A DNA stretch of 63,795 nucleotides, filler included, from Octopus bimaculoides (Eukaryota), in NCBI RefSeq assembly GCF_001194135.2. It is 6 parts of 5 records of this genome, joined end to end, with 100 filler letters (N's around TTAATTAATTAA, not from the genome) between each part and the next. Parts side by side here need not be neighbours in the genome. Positions count along the whole stretch, not along the records: positions 20,798 to 49,327 come from NC_068981.1; positions 49,428 to 57,425 come from NC_068984.1; 4 more parts are not named here. One strand, written 5' to 3'. The notes below the pieces were generated by a model. The model had not been told where the DNA came from. It searched no databases and worked only from the letters and a program-made list of their open reading frames with translations. The number at the start of each line of letters is the position of its first letter. Positions within the stretch are counted from its first letter, which is position 1. Made by a program: the position numbers and the translations under genes. Shown one piece after another: positions 36,789-49,482 of this stretch.

Positions 36789-37160
36789 AGGCGCAGGAGT
36801 GGCCGTGTGGTAAGTAGCTTGCTTACCAACCACATGGTACCGGGATCAGTCCCACTGCGTAGCACCTTGGGCAAGTGTCTTTTAATATAGCCCCGGGCTG
36901 ACCAAAGCTTTATGAGTGGATTTGGTAGAAGGAAACTAAAAGAAGCCCGTAAGTTGTGTGTGTGTGCGCACGCGCGCGTCTGTGTGTGCGCGTGCGCGTG
37001 TCTGTGTGTGTGTTCCCCATCATCACTTGACAACCGATGTCGGTGTGGCCGATAGAATAAGTATTAGGCTTACAAAGAATAAGTCCTGGGGTTGATTTGA
37101 TCGACTAAAGGCAGTGCTCCAGCATGGCCGCGATCAAATAACTGAAACAAATAAAAGAAT
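36789..37160 (+). mobile_element. SINE family B, full length, with a duplicated 5' head at 36768-36780
   Basis: ataggcgcaggag occurs twice, followed by the complete body and tail. Confidence 0.88.
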
Positions 37161-37314
37161 AAATGGATAAAGATTGTACTAAAAGTGATAGGTAGTTTTT
37201 CAAAATATGATTGTAACTTCGTAGGGAAATAACTCTGATTTTTCTCAGTTACTTCCCCTGCACATTTGTGTGTGTGTGTGTGTGTGAGTGTGTATATAGG
37301 TATGGATATATATG

Positions 37315-37361
<47 letters not shown>

Positions 37362-37408
37362 ATATATATATGTATGTGTATATATATATATATATGTATA
37401 TATATATG

Positions 37409-37459
<51 letters not shown>

Positions 37460-38075
37460 GTGTATATATATATATATATATATGCACGTGTATATATATA
37501 TGTGTGAGTGTGTGTATAATATGTGTGTGCGTGTGTGTTTGTGTCTGTGTATTATTCGCATCTAAATTAGAAGCAGCACTAGTGTTCTAAATATTATTGA
37601 CAACACATACTCAGTGTATGTGCTTTGTTTGTTCGGCAGTAGGCTGCAGAATTGCACGGTGGGGATGACTCCTTCAAAGCACTGAGTGCTATGACACCTG
37701 AAAGTCATAGAGAGAAGAGACAACTTGTTCCAAATTCCATCCAGGTGTTGTGGCTTATCAACATGTAGCTAAACCAAACTGAATCGCTAGTCCATGACTA
37801 TATACAAATAGTGTAAAAAAACATTCGCTGGTCTACCATGACGAGAAAGCAAGGAACATACATTGAGTATGTGAGGTCGATAATGTTTACATACATACAT
37901 ACATATATGGCATAGGAGTGGCTGTGTGGTAATTAGCTTGCTTACCAACCACATGGCTCCGGGTTCAACCCCACTGCATGGCACCTTGGGCAAGTGTCTT
38001 CTACTATAGCCTTTGGCCGACCAAAGCCTTGTTAGTGGATTTGGTAGATGGAAACTGAAAGAAGCCCATCGTCTA

Positions 38076-38110
<35 letters not shown>

Positions 38111-39093
38111 GGGAGAATATACAAAAAATAACAACAGACGAGGACAGGTGGTGTAAATAACAAAAGTATATATTAGTATGACGCTCGGGAATACGGAAAG
38201 TCTTTGACGTTTCGAGCTACGCTCTTCATATATATGTATGTATGTGNNNNNNNNNNNNNNNNNNNNNNNNNNNNNNNNNNNNNNNNNNNNNNNNNNNNNN
38301 NNNNNNNNNNNNNNNNNNNNNNNNNNNNNNNNNNNNNNNNNNNNNNNNNNNNNNNNNNNNNNNNNNNNNNNNNNNNNNNNNNNNNNNNNNNNNNNNNNNN
38401 NNNNNNNNNNNNNNNNNNNNNNNNNNNNNNNNNNNNNNNNNNNNNNNNNNNNNNNNNNNNNNNNNNNNNNNNNNNNNNNNNNNNNNNNNNNNNNNNNNNN
38501 NNNNNNNNNNNNNNNNNNNNNNNNNNNNNNNNNNNNNNNNNNNNNNNNNNNNNNNNNNNNNNNNNNNNNNNNNNNNNNNNNNNNNNNNNNNNNNNNNNNN
38601 NNNNNNNNNNNNNNNNNNNNNNNNNNNNNNNNNNNNNNNNNNNNNNNNNNNNNNNNNNNNNNNNNNNNNNNNNNNNNNNNNNNNNNNNNNNNNNNNNNNN
38701 NNNNNNNNNNNNNNNNNNNNNNNNNNNNNNNNNNNNNNNNNNNNNNNNNNNNNNNNNNNNNNNNNNNNNNNNNNNNNNNNNNNNNNNNNNNNNNNNNNNN
38801 NNNNNNNNNNNNNNNNNNNNNNNNNNNNNNNNNNNNNNNNNNNNNNNNNNNNNNNNNNNNNNNNNNNNNNNNNNNNNNNNNNNNNNNNNNNNNNNNNNNN
38901 NNNNNNNNNNNNNNNNNNNNNNNNNNNNNNNNNNNNNNNNNNNNNNNNNNNNNNNNNNNNNNNNNNNNNNNNNNNNNNNNNNNNNNNNNNNNNNNNNNNN
39001 NNNNNNNNNNNNNNNNNNNNNNNNNNNNNNNNNNNNNNNNNNNNNNNNNNNNNNNNNNNNNNNNNNNNNNNNNNNNNNNNNNNNNNNNNNNNN

Positions 39094-39495
39094 GAGTGGC
39101 TGTGTGGTAATTAGCTTGCTTACCAACCACATGGCTCCGGGTTCAACCCCACTGCATGGCACCTTGGGCAAGTGTCTTCTACTATAGCCTCGGGCCGACC
39201 AAAGCCTTGTGAGTGGATTTGGTAGACGGAAACTGAAAGAAGTCCGTCGTATATATGTGTATATATGTATGTGTGTGTATATGTTTGCGTGTCTGTGTTT
39301 GTCCCCCCAACATCGCTTGACAACCGTTCTGGTGTGTTTACGTCCCCGTAACTTAGCGGTTCGGCAAAAGAGACGATAGAATAAGTACTAGGCTTACAAA
39401 GAATAAGTCCTGGGGTCGATTTGCTCGACTTAAGGTGGTGCTCCAGCATGGCCACAGTCAAATGACTGAAACAAGTAAAAGAGTAAAAGAGAGTA
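39094..39495 (+). mobile_element. SINE family B
   Basis: Family match, (GAGTAAAA) tail. Confidence 0.88.
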
Positions 39496-39569
39496 AAAGA
39501 GTATATATAGTTGTGTGTATATATTTTTTGACTATTGTTTATTGGTTTGTTTTTCTTTTCCTATTGGAG

Positions 39570-39723
39570 AAAAAGCAAAAAGAAACCTGATGAATCGGAC
39601 GAGAGTCTCAGTGATACGACAAGTGAGAGTGAAGAGGAAGAGGAGACATTGGAAAGGCGGGAAGTGAGCACGGACCTCCCAACAGAATATTGGCAAATAC
39701 AGAAGCTGGTGAAATACCTGAAG
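39570..39723 (+). CDS. ODAD2: ODAD2/ARMC4 exon ([51 protein letters not shown])
   Basis: ttttcttttcctattggag acceptor, AAG|GTGCGT donor; matches recalled human SDSSSESEEDEE...[18 protein letters not shown]. Confidence 0.95.
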
Positions 39724-40284
39724 GTGCGTGGGTTTGTGAGTGTGGAGGGGGAGGGTTCTGTGTCTGTGTGTGATGTATATACATGTATACACACGCACAC
39801 ACACACACATACACATATACCGTATTATATATATATATATATTTATATATATACATATATATATANNNNNNNNNNNNNNNNNNNNNNNNNNNNNNNNNNN
39901 NNNNNNNNNNNNNNNNNNNNNNNNNNNNNNNNNNNNNNNNNNNNNNNNNNNNNNNNNNNNNNNNNNNNNNNNNNNNNNNNNNNNNNNNNNNNNNNNNNNN
40001 NNNNNNNNNNNNNNNNNNNNNNNNNNNNNNNNNNNNNNNNNNNNNNNNNNNNNNNNNNNNNNNNNNNNNNNNNNNNNNNNNNNNNNNNNNNNNNNNNNNN
40101 NNNNNNNNNNNNNNNNNNNNNNNNNNNNNNNNNNNNNNNNNNNNNNNNNNNNNNNNNNNNNNNNNNNNNNNNNNNNNNNNNNNNNNNNNNNNNNNNNNNN
40201 NNNNNNNNNNNNNNNNNNNNNNNNNNNNNNNNNNNNNNNNNNNNNNNNNNNNNNNNNNNNNNNNNNNNNNNNNNNNNNNNNNNC

Positions 40285-40332
<48 letters not shown>

Positions 40333-40333
40333 G

Positions 40334-40388
<55 letters not shown>

Positions 40389-40871
40389 CTCCAAGAAATA
40401 GTAGCCAAATCTACATCAAATCACACACTGACACCGCATAAAATGGAAGAACACATTGAATATTGCAGTCATTGATTTACCATCACCACTACCCATCACC
40501 ACCACCACCACCACCACCACCACTCCCAAAATAGTTGCAATAAGAAAATACAGCTGAAAACACACTGACCATGGTTCTGTTCAAACAGGGTAGATTTATG
40601 ATCAAATACGTTCCAAGCATATCTACCCGGTCTATTTGGAAGGGGTGTGTACATTATGCAATGTGTCCTCTCTCTCCTTGAAATGGATTGAGGTGATGTG
40701 TGATTGTGATTTGACTGCTATTTCTAACAAATAAAATGACCCCCAAAAAGCTTTCCCATTGGCTCATAGCTGTTAGAAGTTAAAATAGGATATAGGCTTG
40801 ATATTAATAAATGATGTAATAATTTCCCCTTAATGTGGTGTTAATGTTGGTGATCTTGTTATTATCTCCAG

Positions 40872-41018
40872 GTCAGTAACCAGACAGCCACAGTCATATT
40901 TCTGTGCTGCATGAGAGACTTTAATCTCTCCCAAGAGACTTGTCAGCTTGCCATTCGAGACCTGGGAGGACTAGAAATACTCATCAACCTTCTGGACACA
41001 GATGAAATCAAATGCAAG
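40872..41018 (+). CDS. ODAD2: ODAD2/ARMC4 exon, start of the armadillo repeats ([49 protein letters not shown])
   Basis: tatctccag acceptor, AAG|GTGAGT donor, 147 nt; matches recalled human [49 protein letters not shown]. Absent from the ORF track. Confidence 0.96.
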
Positions 41019-41039
41019 GTGAGTTTGTTTTGGTTATTT

Positions 41040-41430
41040 GGGCCTAACAGTAGTCAACTATGTGACGGCTATATCTAACAGTCAATTTTATCATAGCTAT
41101 GTCCAATAGCAGTCAACCAAGTGACGGCTCTGTCCAACACTCAACTTTGTCATGGCTGTGCCTAACAGCATTCAGCTATGCGATGGCTATGTCCAGCAGT
41201 GCAGTGAACTTTTGTTGTGGCTATGTCCAACATTCAGTTACTGACCACTTATTTGTCTGACTTTCTCTATTTCTCTCTCTCCCACACCACCTTTCTATCT
41301 CCTTCTCTCTCTCTCCCACACCACCTTTCTATCTCCTTCTCTCTTTCTCCCACACCACCTTTCTATCTCCTTCTCTCTTTCTCCCACACCACCTTTCTAT
41401 CTCCTTCTCTCTCTCTCTCTNNNNNNNNNN

Positions 41431-41480
<50 letters not shown>

Positions 41481-41638
41481 ACACCACCTTTCTATCTCCT
41501 TCTCTCTCTCTCCCGCACCACCTTTCTATCTCCTTCTCTCTTTCTCCCACACCACCTTTCTATCTCCTTCTCTCTTTCTCCCACACCACCTTTCTATCTC
41601 CTTCTGTCTCTCTCTCTCTCTCTCTCCCACACCACCTT

Positions 41639-41650
<12 letters not shown>
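41040..41650. repeat. Two adjacent minisatellites: diverged ~28-31 bp ggctatgtccaacagtcaact units (41040-41240) and ~30 bp ctcccacaccacctttctatctccttct units (41270-41650)
   Basis: Direct inspection. Confidence 0.8.
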
Positions 41651-41713
<63 letters not shown>

Positions 41714-41722
41714 CTCTCTCTC

Positions 41723-42097
41723 TACTTTAGCATGCAGTCTACCGCAGTATTCTGTCTATGCTGTGAAGTTACTTTCAGCGTGCGGTCTACCTTTTCTTAC
41801 TCTTTTACACTATTCTCCACTTCTGTCGTGTTTTCGTTTGTCTTGCATGACGCTACCACATCGATGACAAGGGTCATCGATGACAAGGTCTTCTTATGAT
41901 GTATCCAGAAGATTGCTTTCTTGTAAAAATGCAACTGCTGTTTCCTCTGTAAAAATTTATACGTCTATAGACATCCTTTAACAGCATTGTAATGGTTAAA
42001 ATTAACTCAGGGTAAGAGGGTAAGAAAAGGTAGACCGCACTCTAAAAGTAATTTCACAGCGTAGGCAGGAAACTGCGGTAGACCGCACGCTAAAGTA
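41723..42097. mobile_element. MITE-like element with ~85 bp imperfect TIRs containing repeated GCGGTCTACC motifs
   Basis: ctactttagcatgcagtctaccgcag...cttttcttac / gtaagaaaaggtagaccgc...ctgcggtagaccgcacgctaaagtag. Confidence 0.75.
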
Positions 42098-42760
42098 GGA
42101 TACTGCGATAGACAGCACGCTAAAGTAGCACCGACAATATTTAATAATACAACACTTTTCTCAAATATCATTACACCAGAATTTTAGCAGGGGACGTAAC
42201 TCATATAAGAGTTACTGTAAGAGTTCATTCCCCTGAAGGATTACCGATTGGCGATTGGTTTTTTTCTTTATCTTTTTCTTCTTTGATGATGTTTATTGTT
42301 AGTCTCGAATAAGTTTTTGATCTTTTTATTTTCTTCCGCTTGACGCCTCTCATCCGCAGTATCTTTTACATAAAACTTGGAACAACAGTGCTGTTTTGAT
42401 TTTTACCGTTACGACCAAAACCTTCTCGGTTTATTTGGTAGACGGAAAGTGAAAGAATCCCGTCGTGAACGGACGGACGGATCCGTTTATATTTCAACTT
42501 CTAAAGGCAAATTCACTGCAGTTGCTGTGGAGAAAAAATATTTCCATGATAAAAAGATATAAAAACACCATGTCTACCCAGTGATGCCCCTTGGTAACCT
42601 CACCTTGGTAACAGCTAAAGAGCTAGAAACGCATCTGGGAATCCGACAGGGGGCATCACTAGACAGATATGATGATTTACACCTTTTTACCATAAGTGAA
42701 AAAAATTTTTTAACCACAGTAACTGTAGTGAATTTGCCCTAAAAATTTAGGCACCTTTGT

Positions 42761-43083
42761 GGAAGCGCAATGGCCCAGTAGTTAGGGCAGCAGACTCGTG
42801 GTCGGAGGATCGTGGTTTCGATTCCCAGACCGGGCGTTGTGGGTGCTTATTGAGCAAAAACACCTAAAGCTTCACGAGGCTCCAGCAGGGGTGGGTGGCG
42901 ACCCCTGTTGTAATATTTAGCCCCCAACTTTCTCTCACTCTTTCTTCCTGTTTCATGAGTAACGCTGCGATGGACTGGTGTCCCGTCCAACTGGTGGGGA
43001 ACACATGCACCATAGAAACCGGGAAACCAGGCCCATGAGCCTGGCTAGGTTTTGAAAAGGGCGCATAAATAAATAAAAAAAAC
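42761..43083 (+). mobile_element. SINE with a family-A head and a different 3' half
   Basis: Matches family A up to ctctcactcttt/cttcctgtttc, then continues gagtaacgctgcgatggactggtgtcccgtcc...aaataaataaaaaaa. Confidence 0.75.
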
Positions 43084-43964
43084 TTTGCTTATACCTAAAC
43101 ACTGCTTGGCGTTAATACTGCTGAATGCATGTGTGTGTGTGTGTGTGTGTGTGCTTGTGTGTGTCTGTGTGTGTGTGTGTATGTTTTATTTTTACTTCTT
43201 TCAATCATTAGACTGCGGCCATGCTGGGGCACCACCTTGAAGAATTTTTAGGCAAACAAATCAACTCCAGCACTCATTCTTTGTTAAGCCTGATACTTAT
43301 TCTATCAGTCTCTTATGCTGNNNNNNNNNNNNNNNNNNNNNNNNNNNNNNNNNNNNNNNNNNNNNNNNNNNNNNNNNNNNNNNNNNNNNNNNNNNNNNNN
43401 NNNNNNNNNNNNNNNNNNNNNNNNNNNNNNNNNNNNNNNNNNNNNNNNNNNNNNNNNNNNNNNNNNNNNNNNNNNNNNNNNNNNNNNNNNNNNNNNNNNN
43501 NNNNNNNNNNNNNNNNNNNNNNNNNNNNNNNNNNNNNNNNNNNNNNNNNNNNNNNNNNNNNNNNNNNNNNNNNNNNNNNNNNNNNNNNNNNNNNNNNNNN
43601 NNNNNNNNNNNNNNNNNNNNNNNNNNNNNNNNNNNNNNNNNNNNNNNNNNNNNNNNNNNNNNNNNNATATATATATACACTCTCTGAGTGGTTGGCATTA
43701 GGAAGGGCATCCAGCTGTAGAAACTCTGCCAAATTAGATTGGAGCCTGGTGTAGCCATCCGGTTGCACCAGTCCTCAGTCAAATCGTCCAACCCATGCTA
43801 GCATGGAAAGCGGACGTTAAACGATGATGATGATGATGATGATATACGACAGGCTTCTTACAGTTTCCATCCACCAAATTCACTCACAAGGCTTTGGTTG
43901 TCCTGAGATTATAGTAAAAGACACTTGCCCAAGGTGCCATCAGTGGGACTGAAACCAGTTCCAG

Positions 43965-44453
43965 TAAGATGGGGCAACTGCTCATAGCGCAAGAGAAACA
44001 ATGCAGTTATTACAGCAGTGCTTTGGAGAGAGAATGATATCCTACTACGGCAATGTCAACTGGCCTTCAACTTCCCCAGACTTGACTAGCCCGGACATTT
44101 TCTTGTGGAGATACCTGAAAGAGAGGGTTTATGTCAACAAACTGGGGACCCTGCTGCAACTGAAGGAGAACATCAATAGAGAAATCGGAGAAGTGGGGTC
44201 TGAAACTCTTGAGGGTGTTATGTTGTAAGCTTTGGAAAGAGCACTGGTATACGAAGCTGAAAATATTTGCCATTTAAGTGATGTCATTTTTCATATGTGA
44301 TGTAGAGGTGTTTCAAAATTTGACTTGTGCGTATTAATTTCCATTATGTCCTTTATATTGTATCAAAATTTCATGCATTTATTTGTGAAGTTAAGGAAGT
44401 TATTAAAAACTGAAACCCATCAGTGACTTTTGAAACCCATCAATGACCCTGTG
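43965..44453 (+). mobile_element. DD37D/maT-like Tc1-mariner transposase C-terminal fragment with a possible 3' TIR
   Basis: DGATAHSARETMQLLQQCFGERMIS..VNWPSTSPDLTSPDIFLWRYLKERVY; terminal ...gaaacccatcaatgaccctg. Confidence 0.85.
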
Positions 44454-44985
44454 TATGTATGCATGTATAAACACATACATATTATTCTTTAACAAGAATA
44501 CACTTGACAGTGACTTCAAAGTTTTTGGCCAGCAAAGTTAATTGGTTATTGGTAGGTTGTGATGGAGAGGTATTGAGGAGAAATTTTTTCAAATCTGTGG
44601 TTATGCTTTTGTTCAGAATTTCTTCATACTTGTAGAACTTTATAAATAGTTTTGTATATTTATGTGTCTCAGCATAAGGTCATGGGATTACTTTTGGTAG
44701 TTCATAAAAGGATGTAGGTAAGAAGGAGATTTTAGGTCAGTGGTTGTCTCACTAGTTTTAGTTACTTTTGATTTACTTTGACAATGTAAAGCTTAGTCCA
44801 GCATTATGTTATAATGGTTTTAATGCATTTAATGCTTAGCTGATATAGATTTTGTAAGGTTATGAACCTTTGTAAAATATATTTCTTCTCAAAGTCAAAA
44901 ATGCTCCTCATTTATATACATACACACACACACACATTTGGTTAATGTGAGGCAGAAGATGTAAGATACAAGAATTTTTTATTAA

Positions 44986-45066
44986 TCATTACAATTGTTT
45001 CGACCCTTCAAGCATCGATCCCTCAAAGGTGGGATACTTCACAACTGGTCTGGGAGCATCAGACGG
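44986..45066 (-). ncRNA. Degenerate hammerhead-like motif
   Basis: CTGATGC (A9 changed)...GGTC-GAAA-CAATTGT-A; palindromic stem III ACAATTGT. Confidence 0.4.
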
Positions 45067-45643
45067 TGCAGATGTGTCCCTTCGGGTGATAAATAAATGT
45101 AACTCATTAAAATAACAGTTCTGCAATGTATCTTCTCAGTTCTTGTGAAGGAACGCAATAAATTAAACGATATAACTTCATTGATATAGAAGATCAATAA
45201 TAAAATAACAGACGGCAAAAAGAAATGAACACGCAGTGCAGCAGAAAAAGTATTAGATATCTGTTTAAGTATTAAGTATTAAGTATATAAAATATATATA
45301 TACAGTCATACCTCAATTTACATTGGTTATTAATTCCAAGATGTATGAATTGCCTTGAAAAATGATGTCATATGAAAAACCTTTTAAAGAAAGGTATTTA
45401 GCTCATACCTATTTTAATAAATGATTTGTACATATTTTCACATGTGTTTCATTTGATTTTCCATTTCAGTATTGGTTTTTAGGTGGGGTTTTTTCTAAAT
45501 TTTATGCTTTTAATGTATCAGATGGTGGTGTTAAACCAATTGACAGAATATGTATGTATTTAAGTAGGAAGGTAGGTAGGTAGATACGTACGTACATACA
45601 AGGGGGCCAGATAGTGGGAAGTGGGCCAGATGGTGGCAGGAAG

Positions 45644-45753
45644 GTTAGACGGTGTTGTTAAACTGAGTAACAGATTAAGTGTATAAACATATATACATAC
45701 GTATGTACGTTTATATACTTAATCTGTTACTCAGTCTAACACCACCATCTGAC
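45644..45753. repeat. Foldback with ~45 bp arms
   Basis: gttagacggtgttgttaaactgagtaacagattaagtgtataaac / gtttatatacttaatctgttactcagtctaacaccaccatctgac. Confidence 0.85.
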
Positions 45754-46919
45754 CCTCTTACCACCTTAAATGCCTTCAGTGGAATTCACTCTGTAAAAAG
45801 CATTCAAACCAGATCTCTAGTTTGAGGTTACATCTCCCTACCCTGCCTGCCAGTCTCAGAGGCCCTGAAGAAGGGTCATGGTCATTACCATCTCTCCTGA
45901 CTAAAAGATGAAGAAAAAAAGAAGCCTTATAATATCTGCAAACTGAGCAGTTCATCATACTTTACTAATTAGACGTGTATAATTAATAGGCCTGAGGTGG
46001 GTTGCTGAACTGTTATTATGTAAGCAAGGATGGTTTGACAAAAACGGATAATTCCTCAAGGTTTCGGAACCAAGATTATGGGGAAATCAGTGATGAAGCT
46101 GTGAAATATACTGTTGACCTCTGCTTCAGTGTTTGGGTTCATCACTTCCACATTCCAAATAGCCCAGTAATAGGAAGAGAGAGAAAGAACACGTCTCTCT
46201 CTCCCTCTCTCTCTCTGCTCTTCTTTTCCCTTCTTTCACCGCATCCCAGTGCTTCGTCTGCCCTCTGAAGAGAAGGCAGTAGTTCAGCTGAAACGGTAAA
46301 AGTAAAGAGGACTTCAGAGAGATGAAGAAAGAGGCAGTGTTGTTGTTGTTGTTGTTATGGCTGTAGTCAATGGTGGCAGCAGCGGTGTGGTACCCCAGTG
46401 GTGATGATGCCAGTAGTGATGGTGCAGGTGGCGGTGGTAGCAGAGGAAAGGTTTTGTTGTTGAGGTGGTGGTGGTGGTGGTGGTGGTGGTGGTGGTGGTG
46501 CTGCTGCTGCTGCTGCTGGCGGCAGCAGTGGTGGTGGTGATGTGATGGTGCTAATTGTGTTAACATAGGTAAGGTGCACTAGGTGTTGTAGTTGTTTAAC
46601 CCTGAGCCGGTGCGAATCAAATATAAAGCCTACCATCAAATACTTTCCTGGCATGACAACCCCTGTCTTTTTCACAATCAAAGTGTACCTTAAACAGCAC
46701 CATCCAAGATGGGCTTCTTTTTTCTTTTTTTTCTTGTTTTTCAAAGACAGTGGGTGGGTGTAATTTGATGAAGATTTGGCTGCTGTTTCTAGCTGGGTGT
46801 GTATTGAGCATGTAGAAAGTGGTAAAGAGGTGAATGATCGCAAAATGGTTGCTGCTGGGTTGCAACATAGTGAGACATGGCAGTGCGCCTGTGTACATAC
46901 GGGGGGGGGGCTGTAGCAG

Positions 46920-47230
46920 TGATGGTGTTGGTGGAAAAAGAAGAAGAAGAAGAAGAAGAAGAAGAAGAAGAAGAAGAAGAAGAAGAAGAAGAAGAAGAAG
47001 ACAGAGAAGAAGAAAAAGAAGACAGAGAAGAAGAAGAAGAAGAAGAAGAAGAAGAAGAAGAAGAAGAAGAAGAAGAAGAAGAAGAAGAAGATGGAGAAGA
47101 CGGAGAAGATGGTGAAGAAGAAAGTAGAGAAAAGGAGAAGGAAGAAGATGAAAAAGAAGAAGAAAGGTGCTAATGAGGATGATGATAATTATAACCCTGA
47201 TATGAAAGAGGAGGAAAAAGAGAAAGAGAT
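46920..47230. repeat. (GAA)n and purine-rich simple repeat; GTG/GCT triplet runs at 46330-46550
   Basis: Direct inspection. Confidence 0.95.
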
Positions 47231-47941
47231 GGGAATGAAGAGGCATTACTTATCATTGGTTGCTATTGGTGTCAGAATAAATGCATATAACAGGAAGATT
47301 TTACTTTCCTTCCTCTCTGTGAATATAATGCTGTATGTGTATATATATATATATATATATATAAACATACATATGTACATATATGCACATATGTATATAT
47401 ATATATACATATATATATATATAGGTACAGGAGTGGCTTTGTGCTAAGTAGCTTGTTTCCCAACCATATGGTTATGGTTCTGGATTCAGTCCTGCTGCGT
47501 GGCATCTTGAACAAGTGTCTTCTATTATAGCCGACCAAGGTCTTGTGGGTGGATTTTGTAGACAGAAATTGAAAGAAGCCTTGTTCATCCTCTAATTTCT
47601 TATGTACATGTTGGCAAAATAACATAGTCTGCCATGGACACCTGTGCTTTGGTTCTTTCTTTCTTTTTCTTTTCTTCCTTTTTGTCACTTTTGCTATGAA
47701 TTAAATTAATGAATTCAACGGGATACACCGTCTGCAAGTAGTTGGGTTCAGCATATTATCCTCCATTTTCTAATTGTTACACAAATTTTGGGTAAAACTT
47801 ACACTTTTACCCGCTCCCATTGATTGCACCTAGTATAGCNNNNNNNNNNNNNNNNNNNNNNNNNNNNNNNNNNNNNNNNNNNNNNNNNNNNNNNNNNNNN
47901 NNNNNNNNNNNNNNNNNNNNNNNNNNNNNNNNNNNNNNNNN

Positions 47942-48270
47942 TGGACGATTTGACTGAGGACTGGTGAAACCAGATGGCTACACCAGGCTCCAATCTGATT
48001 TGGCAGAGTTTCTACAGCTGGATGCCTTTCCTAACGCCAACCACTCATAGAGTGTAGTGGGTGCTTTTACATGTCACCCACACGAAGGCCAGTCAGGCGG
48101 TACTGGCAATGGCCACACTCAAAATGGTGTATTTTATGTGCCACCCGCACAAGAGCCAGTGCAGGGGCACTGGCAACGATCTCGCTCAAAAGTCCTTACA
48201 CATGCCGCGGGCACAAGTGCCAGAAAGGCGACGCTGGGTACAGGTGCCATCACAATTTCGCTTTCACTTA
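47942..48270 (-). mobile_element. SINE family C
   Basis: Identity to other copies. Confidence 0.85.
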
Positions 48271-48336
48271 TATATATATATATATATATATATAAATTTT
48301 CAGAATGAGAAAATGGTTAAGCATTTTTCTCACACT

Positions 48337-48384
48337 GTCTCCGATGAAGGGACATGTAAAATATCCCAGAAACAGCTGTAAGAC
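48337..48384 (+). ncRNA. Minimal hammerhead (CCGAUGA core, A.A at the base of stem II)
   Basis: GTCT-CCGATGA-A-GGGA(CATGTAAAATA)TCCC-A-GAAA-CAGCTGT-A-AGAC; perfect stem I, palindromic stem III, GUA triplet. Confidence 0.8.
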
Positions 48385-49441
48385 CTTCTATTTATAAATG
48401 TTCTGAAATCTTTCACAGAGGGATAGAAGAATTAAGGAGGGGCGAGAAAAAAAGAAAGGGATACAGTGAAGTGAAAGAGGAGGGAAATTGAGTAAGAAGA
48501 GAAGGCCAGAAAAGGTGAGAGAAGGGGAATGAAAGAAGGAAGAGTGGAATGAACGAAGTGTTAAAGGGGTGATAGAAAGAAGGAAAGAATGAAAGAATAG
48601 AAAGAATAATAGAGTTGTGCAAAATTTAGACATATATACTTACATATAAGAGACCAAAGTGTATGTACATAAGAGTAAAAAGACTGTATAGAGTACGCCA
48701 CGTATCCTATTCCAAGTAAGTTTTATCTTAATAATTCTGATGCACACTCTATATGATCTTTTTACTCTTTCATTTTTCTCTTTCTTATTCTTTTACCTCC
48801 TCTTCTCCTATTCTTGTATTACTCTGTCACTCTCTCTCCCGCACTTCTCCCTTGCTCATGTGGCTCCCACGTGACCATCGGCCATCTTTCTTTCTTTCTC
48901 TCCATTGTAACTGGAACAAGGAAGACGTGTTCTTGTTTGTCTCCTGTCCTAGCTTTGTCTCCTGTCCAACCTCATTTAGGCTTACCAGCCCTTCCTCTCT
49001 GTTTTCACTTTGTGTTACCTATTTTGATCCTCCACAAAAATCCCAAATTTTATTTAATTTGCTTTGCGGGAGCAACTGTTTTATCGAAAGCATATATTGT
49101 TGTTAAACGCTCGAAATACAAGATTAGAGAAACAGCCAACAACTGAAGTGTTGTTCTTTATGTTTGTTTTGTTTTCCATTTGTGTCTTTCGTTGTTCTTG
49201 TTCCATGTACTTGTGCTTCGTACTTTTTTGTTGTACACATTTCATGATGTCCTGTGCCCACATATGCATATGTGTATATATATACATGTAAGTATGTACA
49301 TATACATATGTATATATGCATATATATNNNNNNNNNNNNNNNNNNNNNNNNNNNNNNNNNNNNNNNNNNNNTTAATTAATTAANNNNNNNNNNNNNNNNN
49401 NNNNNNNNNNNNNNNNNNNNNNNNNNNGAGAGAGAGAGAGA

Positions 49442-49482
<41 letters not shown>

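Noticed and set aside
37909-39185. Two SINE B heads with identical private variants on either side of a gap
   Set aside because: Likely the same sequence assembled twice or an allelic duplication; cannot be distinguished from a real tandem copy without reads.
46745-46830. Plus-strand exon-like segment with polypyrimidine tract and GTGAAT donor
   Set aside because: Stops in all three frames, and not the expected next ODAD2 exon (IGSLKILKEI...), which was not found anywhere in 41019-63795.
46877-47173. Glu-rich ORF and the overlapping Arg- and Leu-rich ORFs
   Set aside because: (GAA)n simple repeat with no convincing splice context or homology.
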